A DNA stretch of 64,000 bases from Rhizophagus irregularis (lineage: Eukaryota), in NCBI RefSeq assembly GCF_026210795.1, contig NC_089429.1, forward strand, positions 1,116,001 to 1,180,000, given 5' to 3'. A model generated the notes under the pieces. The model saw only the letters and a list, made by a program, of their open reading frames with translations. It was not told where the DNA came from and did no database searches. Numbering within the stretch: the stretch's first letter is position 1; each line of letters starts with the position of its first letter. Shown here piece after piece: positions 24,531-38,290 of the stretch. The position numbers and the translations under genes are program-made.

Positions 24531-26833
24531 TTTTCCAATTAAAAAAGGAACTTGTACGTGTATATATATGGGTAAAAAAATTCACGGGCCGACTTAACCT
24601 CCAGGATTTGTTACGCGAAATAAATCATGAACCTAGCATGACGATCCTGATGTGGGGGTTCAACGGGGTCATGCTGTCATACTCAACTTGGTTTAACAAT
24701 TTTAAGATGAAAAAATGAACGTTCGGAAATTGAACGTAACAATGGATAGCTTCTGCAAAATTTCGCTGAAACGAAAAAAAATTAATCAAATTATTCCGGA
24801 TATTTTGGATATTCATGGACAAAAATAAGAGAATTTCGGATTGACGTCATGTGATTTCATGTTTTTTGGCTTACTGAAGTTATCATTTTTCTCGTAAACA
24901 ATAATTTTATTAGTGGTACCTCATACAGACCGTCATACAGTTTGTGTAACAAGATTTAACAGATTTGGAAATTAAATTCTCGGATCAAGTATTAGTGATT
25001 TTCCCTTCGTCTTTTATTAAAAACAATTAATGTTACGCAAGAAAGCCAACTGCACATTTCAGATAGTCGTAATCTTTTATTTATATATATTATAAATAAA
25101 TTATAGTAAATATGAAACATACGTATGTTGTAATAGATTTTAGGCAGAACTTATCTAGATTTGGTTAACCTTAAAAATAATGTAAGTATTCTCAAAGATA
25201 ATTAGCTAATAGATTACAATATGACCTAAAGATGTTTACTATTAATTAAATATATAAATATAATAATAATTTGTTAAGAGAGTGGTTTAAATTAGTAAAA
25301 AAAAAAATGTATGAAAATTAATAAAAAGTAAAGTAAATTCGGATAAAATAATTTATTAGACGAAAAAAGAGAATTCACAGAATCAATTAATTCGGCGCTT
25401 AGTTCTGAATAAATATTAATACATTACATAGAATATTGAATTTTTTTGTTAGTTATATAAATTACTTTATTATTTATTCTATTTAATCTACTCCAATACT
25501 AAACGAACAATAAAATTCTGAAATTTTCTGAAATTTTGTTACAAAAAATGATAATAGCCTCGCTCATAAGTAGATTTAATAGTAATAGAAGCTATTTTAG
25601 ATAATAAAATTTGCTTTTTTAAAAATTAACATTTCTATTGAATAATAAAAAAATGACAAATCAGAATATGATAGTGTTATAACTAAAATCGGCACTATAG
25701 TAAAATGAGCTTCTATGATATAATTGACATATATACTAATATGATTTCCATTACGGAATTAAAGAACTACTGTGCAAGCCAAATTACCAATGTCTTTTGA
25801 TAAGCAGTCATACAATAATTACTTACTGAAAATTTCCAACATTGTGTAATTTTAGCAGGTGAGAGAAAGATCGGTTGTCATTTATTTAAAAAATGATTTA
25901 AAAAAAGTTTATTTTTTTTTTCATTATTTTTTGGTGAAAAAAACAAAAAATAAAAAAAAATAATTAAAAAAATTTATTTTTAGATTAAAAAAAAAATAAA
26001 ACTTTTAGCTTTAAAAAACCGAATATTTTGCTGTACCGTTCCAAAGGGTGTGAATGGCCAAAAAAGAAATATGAATAAGAAAAAAACTTTTTTCGTTAGT
26101 ATTAATCCTGACAGTCAACCAAATTATTCATATAGTTCGAGGCTTCGAGCGCTGTTATCACGTGTTTCCATGTTACATAATTCAAATTAAGGTCAAAGGG
26201 TAATTCAAATAATTCAGGGCCTGATACGGCGATACGCCTTATAGTCTTTTTTGTACTATTTGGCAGAACAATTCCTAATTTTCTGGGGTTAGCTAGTTAC
26301 TTATATATATTGATATAGTCTGCCTTTTTTTAGGGTTAGCATTCTTTGTTTTGTACACTGCTCTGTTTCTCGTCGTTAAATTAAAAATAAATTAAAATAA
26401 AATTCAAACGTGTCACGATTTTTTTTTAGTAGTTTAATAAAGAAAAAAATTAATCAAGAATTTTTAAATCAATTTCAAATTTTTCTCAGAAATTTTCTTT
26501 AAACCTGATTCACCCATGTTTTCTTTTTATGATATCGATACAAGAATTAAAATAAAATATATCGTAATTATAAATTTTGAAAAAATGGGAATCTTATATT
26601 CGTTAATTCTTTACCAGTTTATTTACATAAATAATGTTTATGTGATTTAACATTACCTTAATATCCAGATACATTGTAAATCAAAGAAGAGCTCAATAAA
26701 GAAGTGCGTGTTACCAAAAAAAAAGGGTAATTTATTAAAATTGATTTAATATATTACACGTGATTTATACGACACTATACTTAAAAGCCATTACTAATCC
26801 TTTTTTCTGAGATCAACATTTATATTTTTACAT

Positions 26834-28531
26834 TTATAAATTATAATATTGTAAATAATTATTATTTATAAAAATATATGAATCAATACATAAATCATCA
26901 TATGGTTGAACTATAATATTATGTAATTTATATTCATTTACTTCATCTTCGGAAAGGTATAAATCGATTATATCCATATTATAACTATTAGGACCTGATT
27001 GTAAAATAGCCAAATATTTAACCCTTTCCTCCTTCATAATATATTTCTTTATACAAAATAAAATATTATCATCCTTATCCGGTACTATATTTCCAATTAA
27101 TAATTTCTTAATAAAAGTATTTTGTGAATTTTTTAAAAATATTTCCAAATCATTTGTTCTAAAAGAAAGAGATAAACATAAATATTCTAATTTAGAAGGA
27201 AGAACCTGTCCTAAATTTTGTAATATAGTTGAACTTAATTCATCATAAATAATATACATGTCAACATCTAATTCAATAATAAGATAATTAATATTATGTT
27301 GATTATTTTTAATAATTAATTAAATATTATTATCATTAGCAGGTATACCAGAATCAAAATAATTAATCTTTTTACAATATTTCATAACATATTCAAATAA
27401 TTGTTGTTTTTCTGGTATTATTACTCCATATTCCTCTCCTGAATTTCTATTTCTAAACCCAAAATTTTCTATACAATCACCAAATTTCATTAATAGTAAT
27501 TGTAATGATTCAATATGTAATATTTCAATCATAAACAAAGATATCAATTTAAAAGGTTTATTAACCTTAATAATTTGTTGAACAAAATCAGAATTTAAAG
27601 AATGACAATCAATAAGATGAATAGATTCTAAAACATTCAATTGATCAAAAACTTCTTGTAAAATATTAATTAAATTTTTAAAGTCAATATTATTAAATAT
27701 AATTGTATTTAAAGTATTTGAACAATTAGAATTTTTTAATGATAAAAATGGATTATATAAATTAATAAAATATCCAAATGAAATTTCTTTGAGATTATGT
27801 TGTGAAATAATTATTTGTGATAAATAATTTTCAATTAATGAATTATTAGTGAGTAATTTTTCAGGAAATTCAAAACAAAATGTTGAGATTAAATTGCAAT
27901 TAGAATATAAAAATTTCAAAAATGGTATAGTATTTTGAAATACACATCTAAATGAATTAAACCTATTACCAAATATTAAACCTCTGATATTGTATGTAAG
28001 GTTTGGATTTTGCAAAATTAAGTCTAAATTATCATCAAAATATTTATGGAGATAAGAAGTAGACAGTACAACTTTGAGAGAATATAGATTTCCTTCATTT
28101 TCAATAAACACTTCAAGTAATGACCTATAAACTAAGTTTCCTAGCTTATTTCTTAGCTTATAATTGCATTTATCCACTAAAGTAATAACCCAATTTTGAA
28201 TAGAATTATAAATTTTAATTGTATCTAAGTATTTAATAAAACTGGGATAATTGAATAATGTATTTGAAACAAATAAATTATCATTAATTCCATATTCATT
28301 AAATTTTGCTTTGTCATCCTCATTTAAAAAGCATAAATAAGTTTTAATACAATGATAATGTTGGGTAGGAATTGAAAATGGATCTTCCCATAATAATGGA
28401 ATGGCTAAACGACACCACAATCTATTAACTAAAATACATGAATATAATGTTGGTGAATCTTTTCTAAAATACTGTATAATTTCATTTGTTAATTCAGGTA
28501 AATCCCCTGAAAATATTTTTGAGCATGTCAT
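26834..28531 (-). pseudogene. F-box-like/LRR gene with a single in-frame nonsense codon
   Basis: ORFs 27320-28591 and 26834-27259 are in the same frame. TAA at 27320-27322 replaces the Tyr of the conserved DNNIYL motif. Confidence 0.82.
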
Positions 28532-30826
28532 GTTATTAAAAGAAAAGGGAAGGGAGGTTGCTTTCATTTCACAATGAAATAAATTTATCAATTTTTGGGT
28601 TGTACAATTTATTTAATATCCCATAAAAAGATAACAAAAGAACCAAAAATAACATGTAAATCATTCCTTTTTTAAATAGACTTGTGACATGAAATATAAG
28701 GTTAGAACCTTTGTTAATCGAGTGGACAAGGTTGTAATTCCGGCTTGCTGATCTCTTTTATTTAGTACCCTGTAAAAAAGCTAATCCATTTTTTTATATA
28801 CCGTCTTTTTCCATAAAGGCTCATATTTCTGTAATGAATAACCTTATATCACAGAATTTATCGAATTATTTTTATTTTCCATGAATGAATCCGGGAAAGG
28901 CTAGTTTTTGCAGAAATAAGTGACAAAATTTTTTATAGGGCTACAGCGTATGAAAAATCTTTTAATTGAGCACATCATAAAGTGAATTCTTATTATGACG
29001 AGAACGTATATAATTATTCGTAGTAAAAAAGATAAAAAAGATAATTAATTAGCTTTTTATAAGCAAGTTTATTGTCCAATAAAAAATTACTACGTAATTT
29101 CAGGTTTCGGCTAGGATTTCATGTATATGTTGTGCGTCAGCCGTCAGATACCGATTGCGTCAGATGTCTATCAACACTTTGATGTGCGTCAGTTAATAAT
29201 TGACGACTGAGGTGCGTCAGTTGTCGTTCAACGCAATATCAATGAAATTAAAAATTTTATAGTTTTATTCTTATTCAATCAAGAAATTTTGTTGCAAAAC
29301 AAATGTTAACAGTTTCACAGCAGATAGATTCAATAGTAATTGAAGCCATTTTAGATAAATAAACAAAAGGTAAGATTGTTGTTTCTTTTTATTGCGCATT
29401 CCACTATAAAATTTGATATAATAAATTAGAAATATGACAGTGTTATATTATAACTAAAGCAGCACTACAGTAAAATAAGCTACTATTATATTATCCTTTA
29501 TTAAATATTTTTCTTAAATTGACCTTATCTAGGTACGTATAATTTAATATAATTTCCATTACATAAAAATTAAAAGTCAAAAAAGGAATTTCTTATAGAG
29601 TATTCCATTAACTTAAAAATCTTTTAGGATTATGTATTCATGTGTAAAGTTAAAAGGAATATTACATTATAAAGCGTTAAAGTGACGAAAAAAGACATCT
29701 ATTTCTATTTTTAATAAACCTTAATGAATGACTAATATAAATAGACAATAATAAAGGATACAAAAAATATTCATATAAATAATTTCGGTTTAAGATGAAA
29801 ATAATAAATCTACATTAATTTTAAAAGTAATTTACCCATGTTTTTATTGATACGAGAACAAAATATTTTTTGTCGAAATTATAATTTTGGTTATTAATTC
29901 TTGAGTATTACCAATTATTTATAATGTGATTTGTTACCACAAAGTTTAATTTATTAAAATTTAGTACTTGTTTGGTTAATAACTAAAAGTAAAAATTAAG
30001 GCTTATTAAATGTAAGAAATTTTACTTTCAACATACTAATCGTTTACTTCCCATAGCTTATGACTTTATTGACGCACATGTACTTATTATTTTATGATTT
30101 AATTTCAAACTTAAACATCCTTTATTGAATATGAGATGATGCTCAGCAGGTGTAAGAGTACCCAAATAATGATTTTTATCAATTTAACTTCTAAATATTT
30201 GTAAAATTTAAACTTTAAATAATTTGTTTTGACACTTTATTATGTAAAATTATATTTACTGTGCATGATAATTTCAGCACTTTAATTAATCAAAGGAGTT
30301 TTCACCAATTAAGTGGTTTTAAATTTTTAATGAATTATGATTAATTCAACGAAAATTTCCTTATTTTTTTGTAATGATATTTAATATTCGACAATTTTCA
30401 TTATGAAATGCTTTATTTTATAAAAATTTATTAAATATAAATCTGTAAAATTATTTTCAATGAAACAATATCACAATCAATAAATTTCAATGGTTGGTAA
30501 ATCAAGTGTATTATACAGTATTAATTCCTTCGTAATTTTTGTACGAAATAAAAATCCAGACTGTCGGATGATGATCTAGTACAAAAATTTAAAATATTTC
30601 ATTTTGTACGAGGTCTATATTGTACAATTACTAAATTAATAATGGCGTTTACCTGTTTACCTAAAAATAGCATTATTTTTATTTGTAGCATTTCATTATT
30701 TGTGTAATAGTCAATTTGGTTTCACAACTGACTGTCGCATAATAAAAGGTAACTCAACGGGTTTAATGGTTACACTATTTTTTGCGATTGTTTTCTTTTT
30801 TTAATAAATGCACTTTTATAATAATT

Positions 30827-33141
30827 ATGTCTACTATTCGAATGAACCTAATAAGTGCAGCAATTAATAGAGCATTTATATTAATTGATTATAATTATAC
30901 TAACTATGATTTTCACAAAGGATACGAATTTATGCAACAAACAATTCTTGCTGATAATTCTCTTACAGAAGAAGAAAAAACTGAAGCAATAAGATTAAGT
31001 AATAGAAATTATGATCGAGATAAAATTCTTTATAATTCAGGAACAAGAAGAATTTGTGAAAATTGTAACCAAAAATGTTTAGCTACATTATATTGTGAAT
31101 ATTGTGTTCAAAATTATTTAAAAGATAATTTTTCAAATTGGACATCCGGAAATAATGATATTGATAATTTAATAAAAAATTGTCAAATGGAAACATTTGT
31201 ACCTAGTACTATAATCGAATGGATCCCATATAATAATTTACAAAATATTGAATATTTAACAAGAGGTGGTTTCTCTGAGATTTATACGGCAAGTTGGATT
31301 AATGGAAATTATTATGAATGGGATTCTAAAGAACGAAAATTAATAAGATTTGGAACTATTAAAGTAATACTTAAACAATTAGAAAATGTTGAAAGTGCAA
31401 GTCAAAGTTGGTTTGAGGAGGTTTGTAATCTAAAAAAATTAAAGATATTTTCTTTATTTATAAGAAGCTAAAATTTGAAATCATTTTTTTATAGGCTAAA
31501 TCACATTTGACTATAAGCAACAAATATCCAGAAATTGTTCAATGCTTTGGTTTAACACAAAATCCATCAAATAGAAATTATATGCTTGTGATAGACAAAC
31601 TGGATGTAAATTTAAGAGAATATTTACAACAAAATCATAATCAACTTACATGGGAAGAAATAATTGAAATTACTTTTTTAATAATTAATGCACTTCATTG
31701 GATTCATAAAGAGAATTCAATTCATAGAGATTTGCATTCTGGAAATATATTATATTCAGTGTTTAATAATGCATGGTGTATTAGTGATCTTGGATTTTGT
31801 GGTCCTGCAAATAAATCATCAACATGCATATATGGAAATCTTCCTTACATAGCACCCGAAGTTATTAATGGAAAAGAATATACTTTTGAATCTGATGTTT
31901 ATAGTATTGCAATGCTTATGTGGGAAATTTCATCTGGACAACCACCATTTATGAATTATGAACATGATTGTAATCTTGCAATTGATATTATTAATGGTAT
32001 GAGACCAAAAATTATATCAGAAATTCCTTCAGAATATAAAAGTTTAATGGAACAATGTTGGGATGCTGATTCATTAAAAAGACCTGATATTGATACACTT
32101 AGAAGTAAAATGAATGAAATTATGTCATATTATCATAATAAACCAAATGAATTACCTCAACTAAAAACGAAATTGAATAATGTAACAAATAATAATATCA
32201 GTAGTAAACTATTTACAAGTAAAATTCATAAATTTGAAAGCCTACCTGAACCAAAAAATGCAACAGAAGGTAAAATAATTATTTTAATAATTATTCGCCA
32301 TTTAATATTTTCGTTTCTATTTTTAATAATATCATCTTTTCTAATTTGTGAAATAATAGAAGAACAAGAAGGTAATATAAAATTGATTTTTTTTAGCTTT
32401 ATTTATAAAATCAATAATAAAAAACCATTTTTATTAATAGCATTTCATAGTAAATTATATGATTTTAGTGTTCCTTATAATAGTAAGTTTATTAAAGTTA
32501 TATTAAATATTTTCATCGTTTACTAAGAAATGTTTTTATTTTTAGTTGATGGTTTTGGCAAAGCAAATCGGAATACATCAAAAATAAGTAGTATTATCAA
32601 AGGTAATTTATTATTAATTTTAAAAAAGAATAAAATGAATGTTTATATAAAATATTTACATATTAATATTTTAAATTTTAGATGGTAGTAAAAAATTATC
32701 CAAAGTATTTAAAAAATTGCAGATTAGTTCAAAGAATGGCAAGTAAAAATTTAATAAATTAATTCTAATTCAATTTAATAATAATAAATAACGTTTTTAT
32801 TAAATTTGATTCGTTTAATAATTTTAATAATCTTAATAATCACAGATAATAAAGATAACTATAATAAAAAAATAGCGTTAACACAAAATGTCAATAATGA
32901 TGAAGGTAAGCAAATTATCTATTGAGCACCTTTTTAAATAATAATTTAACATTTTTTACCTTTGTTTCTATAGATGAAGATGAAGCATATAATAATCCAA
33001 ATCTTCATTCAGAGGAACAAGATGAATTTGAAATTCCTGATGGTTCGTCTATTCTTTAATATTATTAATAATACAGTATAATAAAATAAAATTTTTTTAT
33101 TTATTAATTAATTTATTTATTTATTTTTAGATGGATTTTAA
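30827..33141 (+). CDS. Tyrosine-kinase-like (TKL) protein kinase with N-terminal CxxC...CxxC region, about 9 exons
   Basis: Motifs TRGGFSEIY, VILK, HRDLHSGN, DLG, YIAPE and SDVYS. Intron 31421-31494; six small internal 3' exons (one apparent GC-AG donor near 32739) lead to ...EFEIPDDGF* at 33141. Confidence 0.9.
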
Positions 33142-33421
33142 ACCGTTTTTACAAATCTTATTGATAGGAACATCGGTCAATTATTATTTTATTTTGAATT
33201 ATTTAAACACTAAGATTAGAGTATTATGCAGTTTCTTTGTAATTTAATAATTTTTTTTTTATATTAAACTTAGTTGTTCATTTATTAAATAAAGATATTT
33301 ACTACAAAATATTATGTGACGTTGCATGATTTGTAAAATATATTAATTTTAAGTATTAATATGCTATTTATTTAATAATTATTTTAATTAAAAAAGTTAA
33401 TAATCTAACAAATAATATAAA

Positions 33422-36400
33422 TTACTTATTCGTTTCTATAACATTCTCGCATCTTTTACATAATTCACCTTCTGTTTGTAAACATCTAGGACATTTAAAT
33501 AAAGAAGCCCTTTTAATTATAATCTTACAAATCCAATCGGATAAATCAACTTCGTTAGTATATATCGAAAGAACAATTCTCAATCATTTCCAAGGACGAA
33601 GATATTGTTGCATCTGAAGTTGTAAAAATAGATTTTAAATCTAATAATTTAATACAAAAAGGATGATTAGAAAAATAAATTAAAGTTCTTTTAATGAACA
33701 ATAATATATATTACATTACCATGATTTTGTAATAAATGTAATAATTCTAAAGAATTTACATATAATTCCACATTAATCTCTAAAGAACTTTTTATAAGCC
33801 TATGTAAATAAAAATTTTAAATGTTATTTTTTTTTAAAAAAAAATGGATAATCAAATAAATAAAACCAGCATACTTGTCTTTTCTGGCAGTTTCTAGTAA
33901 CTGATTTACTTCACTTCTTAAATGCTTTAAAGTATTCCATTCTTGTTGCAAAGGTTGATTATTCCATTTTTCATTCTATAATAAGTGAATGTAATTAATT
34001 TTTCTTTTTTTTTAAAAAAAAAGAATTAGCAAAAATTAAAATAAATTACGTACCAATCATACCATCCTAATTTAAATACACTATAATATTCCTTATGCCC
34101 AATGTTTTTATAATTATCATAAAATTTATTTTGCAAAATACAGAACTATTGGTGATAATAATATATATTTAAAATATATAAAAAATAAACACTGATAGTA
34201 ATTTTTATATAAATAAAAAATACAATTAATGATTATAACTTACATGATAAAGAACGGTTAAAACATTTCTTCTGCATTGACCTGTTATAATTATGATCAG
34301 CATATAATCCATCTTTATATCGAAATAAAATGCTGATAACAATACATTTGGGAGAATATTTAACGCTTGAATGGCTATTATTTATATTTATTAGTAAAAC
34401 AATATTATAACTAAGAGGTTATTATTAATATAGAACGTTAAAAAAATAATATTTTCAAAATACCTTTATTAAAACGCATATTATCATAAATAAAAGATCT
34501 TAATATTTTTTCCAAGATTATAAGTTTCATGCAACATATATTTATCAATCTATTAATAAAAAACAATCAAATTAGCTTTTAATTACGACTATAAAATTAT
34601 TAAATAAATTTACTAACCAAATCAAGTTCCTCATATTCAACTAATCAATTATATTTAAAATTATTTAAATTACCTAATATAAATCTTACTGTACTACGAT
34701 ATTTTTGAATATTTTTTCCAACTTGACTCATGATATTTTTTACTATATTAACATCATTAACATCTAATGATGCAACCCACAATCTTAATACATCTACTCC
34801 ATATACTGGCTTATTCTATTATAATAAATTAATTAATAAAAAATATATATTTATTATAATACGTCGCTAATTATACTTACCTTTCCACCCTTAATTATGG
34901 TACCTAGGATTTATAACATTTCCCAATGATTTTGACATTTTTTTACTTTGTTCATCCATAACAAATCCATGTGTAATTAATGTTGAATATAGAGCTTTAT
35001 CATTAATGGTAACTAAATAAAAAAAATTATTTAATTTAACTTGATCTAAATAAATAAATAAAATTTAAAATTAATTATTTACCTGATGTCAATAATACCA
35101 TTCATGATGCTGATCACTTCCTTCCAAATATAAATCTGAAATTGTCTTGAAATCCTTTCTATAAAAATTAATAAATTTTCAGTAAATAAAAATTGAAATA
35201 TATAAATACATTGTAAAATTAAATTTATTTACTTTTAGTTTGTTTCAAATAAAAGTCACTATCAAACCATACATTATCCATTGTATCATTTCCCTTTCTG
35301 TATGTTTTACTAAGATAATTTTAATAAAATGAAAATCAAACATTTATTTATAATTTAAAATGAAATTACTTTTAAAATTCTAATAATCTTAATTTAGTTA
35401 TAACTACCTATTCAGGTACAAGTATTCAAGCTTCCACCATCCATCTGATCCATGTTTTTGAAGATTTCAATAATATATTCTACAGAAGAATCTGTTAACA
35501 GAGGAACATCTGTTTCTGATTCATAAAAAATGGGGATAAGAACTCCCCAAGATCTTTGATGTGAAATACACCATTCACTTCGTGATAAAGTGAATTGTTC
35601 TAATCGATATTGTGCTATAATAAAAAAAATAAAAGTGAATTTTATTTAATAAATTTAAAGTAAAAAATATATGAATATATAATGTATCTTACCAGATTTA
35701 GGTACCATTTTAACATCCTCAAGTAATTTAATGGCTCATTGTTTAATTAATAGCTTCAACATTGGCGAACCATTGAGATGTAGCTCATAATATAATTAGC
35801 TTCTTTACATAAGGATATTCATGCTTAAAATTTTCTTCTTTAATTAAACTATTCCTTGTTTTTTAAATATTCTATTACCACAAACATTCCATCTGTTTAT
35901 CTCCAAATTCATCAACAGGACAAAATGGTGGATTTTTACAAGCTTCATAATCTTCCATTCCATGATCTGGTGCTATATGAACTAACCCTAAAAAAAAATT
36001 AAGGTTTTTTTAAGAATTGTTATAAATAGATTGCGTATATATTATATTTTTAATATCTATCTGTACCAGATTCTTTGGTAATGTGATAAACATCAATAAT
36101 CTTACATTGTTTTCCCCTTATTGGAAGTATATAAGTCGTTCCAATAAGTTGCTGACCTAATAAAAAATTATTTTATTTTTTTAAATTAAATGAAAAAAAA
36201 AAATACGTAAAAAAAGTCAATAAAAATATATAATTACCTTTAAATGTAAATTTGATATTCAGTTCAATTCTGTTCCAAGAATTTTTTGTAATGCATCCAA
36301 CCTTTTGGTTGCTATATATAATTATTTTGTGACATCGACGTATTATTATTTGGACGAACAATTGGAGTATTCTATATTTGGATTTATTGCAACAGCCTAA

Positions 36401-37949
36401 ATTAAAAAATTTCATTCATTAGATCAAAATAATTAATAAATAATTGATTAGATAATTTTTTAAACCTGATTCGCAGGAAGAGTCCATGGAATAAACATCT
36501 ATATTAGTATGTATAAATTATCTTTTAATCCTTCTTGCGAATTTAAGCTAAAAATAAATAAAAAAAAATATTATTAATTAATTATAAAACTATAAAACTT
36601 TTTAGGTGAAATACTCTTAATGTTTACTTGAATTAATCACAGAGAGCTTCAAATAAACAGATTTGCTTCAATGGTGGTCGTCACGATATTCTTAATTCTA
36701 CTTCAGCTAAAGCTGTTTTAAATAAAAAGATAAAAGAACAAATTCAATATTTTATAAAACTAATTTACAAACATAAATTTACATTTTATGACTACCTTGA
36801 AGAAGGAAACCAATGTACAGGTTTATTTTGCCTGTGAATATATCCTTAAAAAAAGGTTTGTAAATCTCAATTTAAAACAAACCAACGTTGGTAAAATATT
36901 GATAATTTCTTAGGGTTATTACCTTTCTTCATCATGTTATGAAACACCTGTAGCTGTCTAACTTCATATTCATTGTCTAAAAACAACCTACTATTAAGAA
37001 AATACAATCCGAAAATCAAGAATAAGTTGTATAAATTTTCATACCCAAAGTTCTATAAGGATTTTTCCAAATCTCCCATTATGTCCAACTAATAAATTCT
37101 TTTCCTTGAATTTCTAATGCTTCTAAAGCACTTTTTTTTGCTACATCACGAATTTGTAATGGTGTCAATGATGATTTATCAATGCCCTAATCATTCTATC
37201 AGAACTTTCCTTATTATAATTAATGATAAAGCGAATAACAGTAATATTACTCTTAATTCCTTTAAAGCTTTTAATTCAATTGACAATCTCATCCTGGAAT
37301 GTAAGTGAATAATATTAGCGTACATAAAATATATATGGATACAAAATATTTTTCTATATCAATTATGAAACTTACTTTACTTTATATCCATGTAATACTT
37401 TATAACGATTTATAATGTCTTTTAATATTTTATTTAACGCGTGAGCGTAATATAAAATTAAATAGATATTTAGATTTTATAAATAAATTAAAAAATTAAA
37501 ATTAAATTGATGAAAATTACCTATGTGTAAATTTCCATTAGCATAAGGTGGTTCATCATGTAATATAAACGTTTCTTTTGGATTATTTTCTATCTAGTGA
37601 TCAATAACAAGTTTAATGTCTAAAACAAAAAGAAAGAAAGAAACAAGTATTAAAAAAAAAGAAAAAAGAAAGTCTTAAATACCTGCCATTTGTACAAATC
37701 TTTAGAGCCTTGACCTTGAAATATTAACAGCTTCAGCCCTTAATGGAAAGTTTGTTTTTGATAACGGTAATAATAAAGTATCATTATACAATTTACTTAA
37801 ATCATTATTATTTACTTTCAGTTACTTTTTTATTGAAGATTTGTCAATTATTTTTGAAGAAAATTTTTTTAATAACAATGTCCTTGAAAATTTTAATGTA
37901 ATTTATTAGGAAAATAATTTCTTTTTCGTAATAAATTATGATGAAACAT
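33422..37949 (-). pseudogene. Isoleucyl-tRNA synthetase (mitochondrial/bacterial-type) multi-exon pseudogene, near full length
   Basis: LHDEPPYANGNLHIG (HIGH, about 37520-37565), L*ATSQWF with TGA at 35785-35787, [43 protein letters not shown] (about 34920-34975), and C-terminal KCPRC..LCKRC. Stops and frameshifts are present. Confidence 0.88.
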
Positions 37950-38290
37950 AATTAAGTTGAATTTATTAATCGAGAGGAAAAAGATCTCGTCGATCAGCAA
38001 AAAAAAATTTTTCACGACTGAAATAAATACTTGATTTATATTTAGTTGTACAAATTCGGATGTGATTTTCAATTTCCTACTGTAGAACGATGAACGTATC
38101 AACTTTTTTACACTATAAATTTTACATTCTGTATGAAAATATTTTTTTTTTAAAAAAAAAAATCCTGATTAAAGACATGCATATTTAAATTTTATTACAA
38201 ATGGAATAATGCTTTATGGCCATTTTGATAAATTCATAAACATTCATTTTATTAAAATAAAATAACTGTTACTACATTATAATACTTATC

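Noticed and set aside
29130..29240. CRISPR-like repeat-spacer pattern
   Set aside because: The repeat is only 8 bp, spacing is irregular, the context is eukaryotic and there are no cas genes.
33422..37949. IleRS as a horizontally acquired or endobacterial gene
   Set aside because: It has many spliceosomal introns and a presequence-like N-terminus, which fits a nuclear-encoded mitochondrial enzyme.
36173..38102. Short ORFs 36173, 37117 and 37893 as independent genes
   Set aside because: They are off-frame or partial readings of IleRS pseudogene exons and introns.
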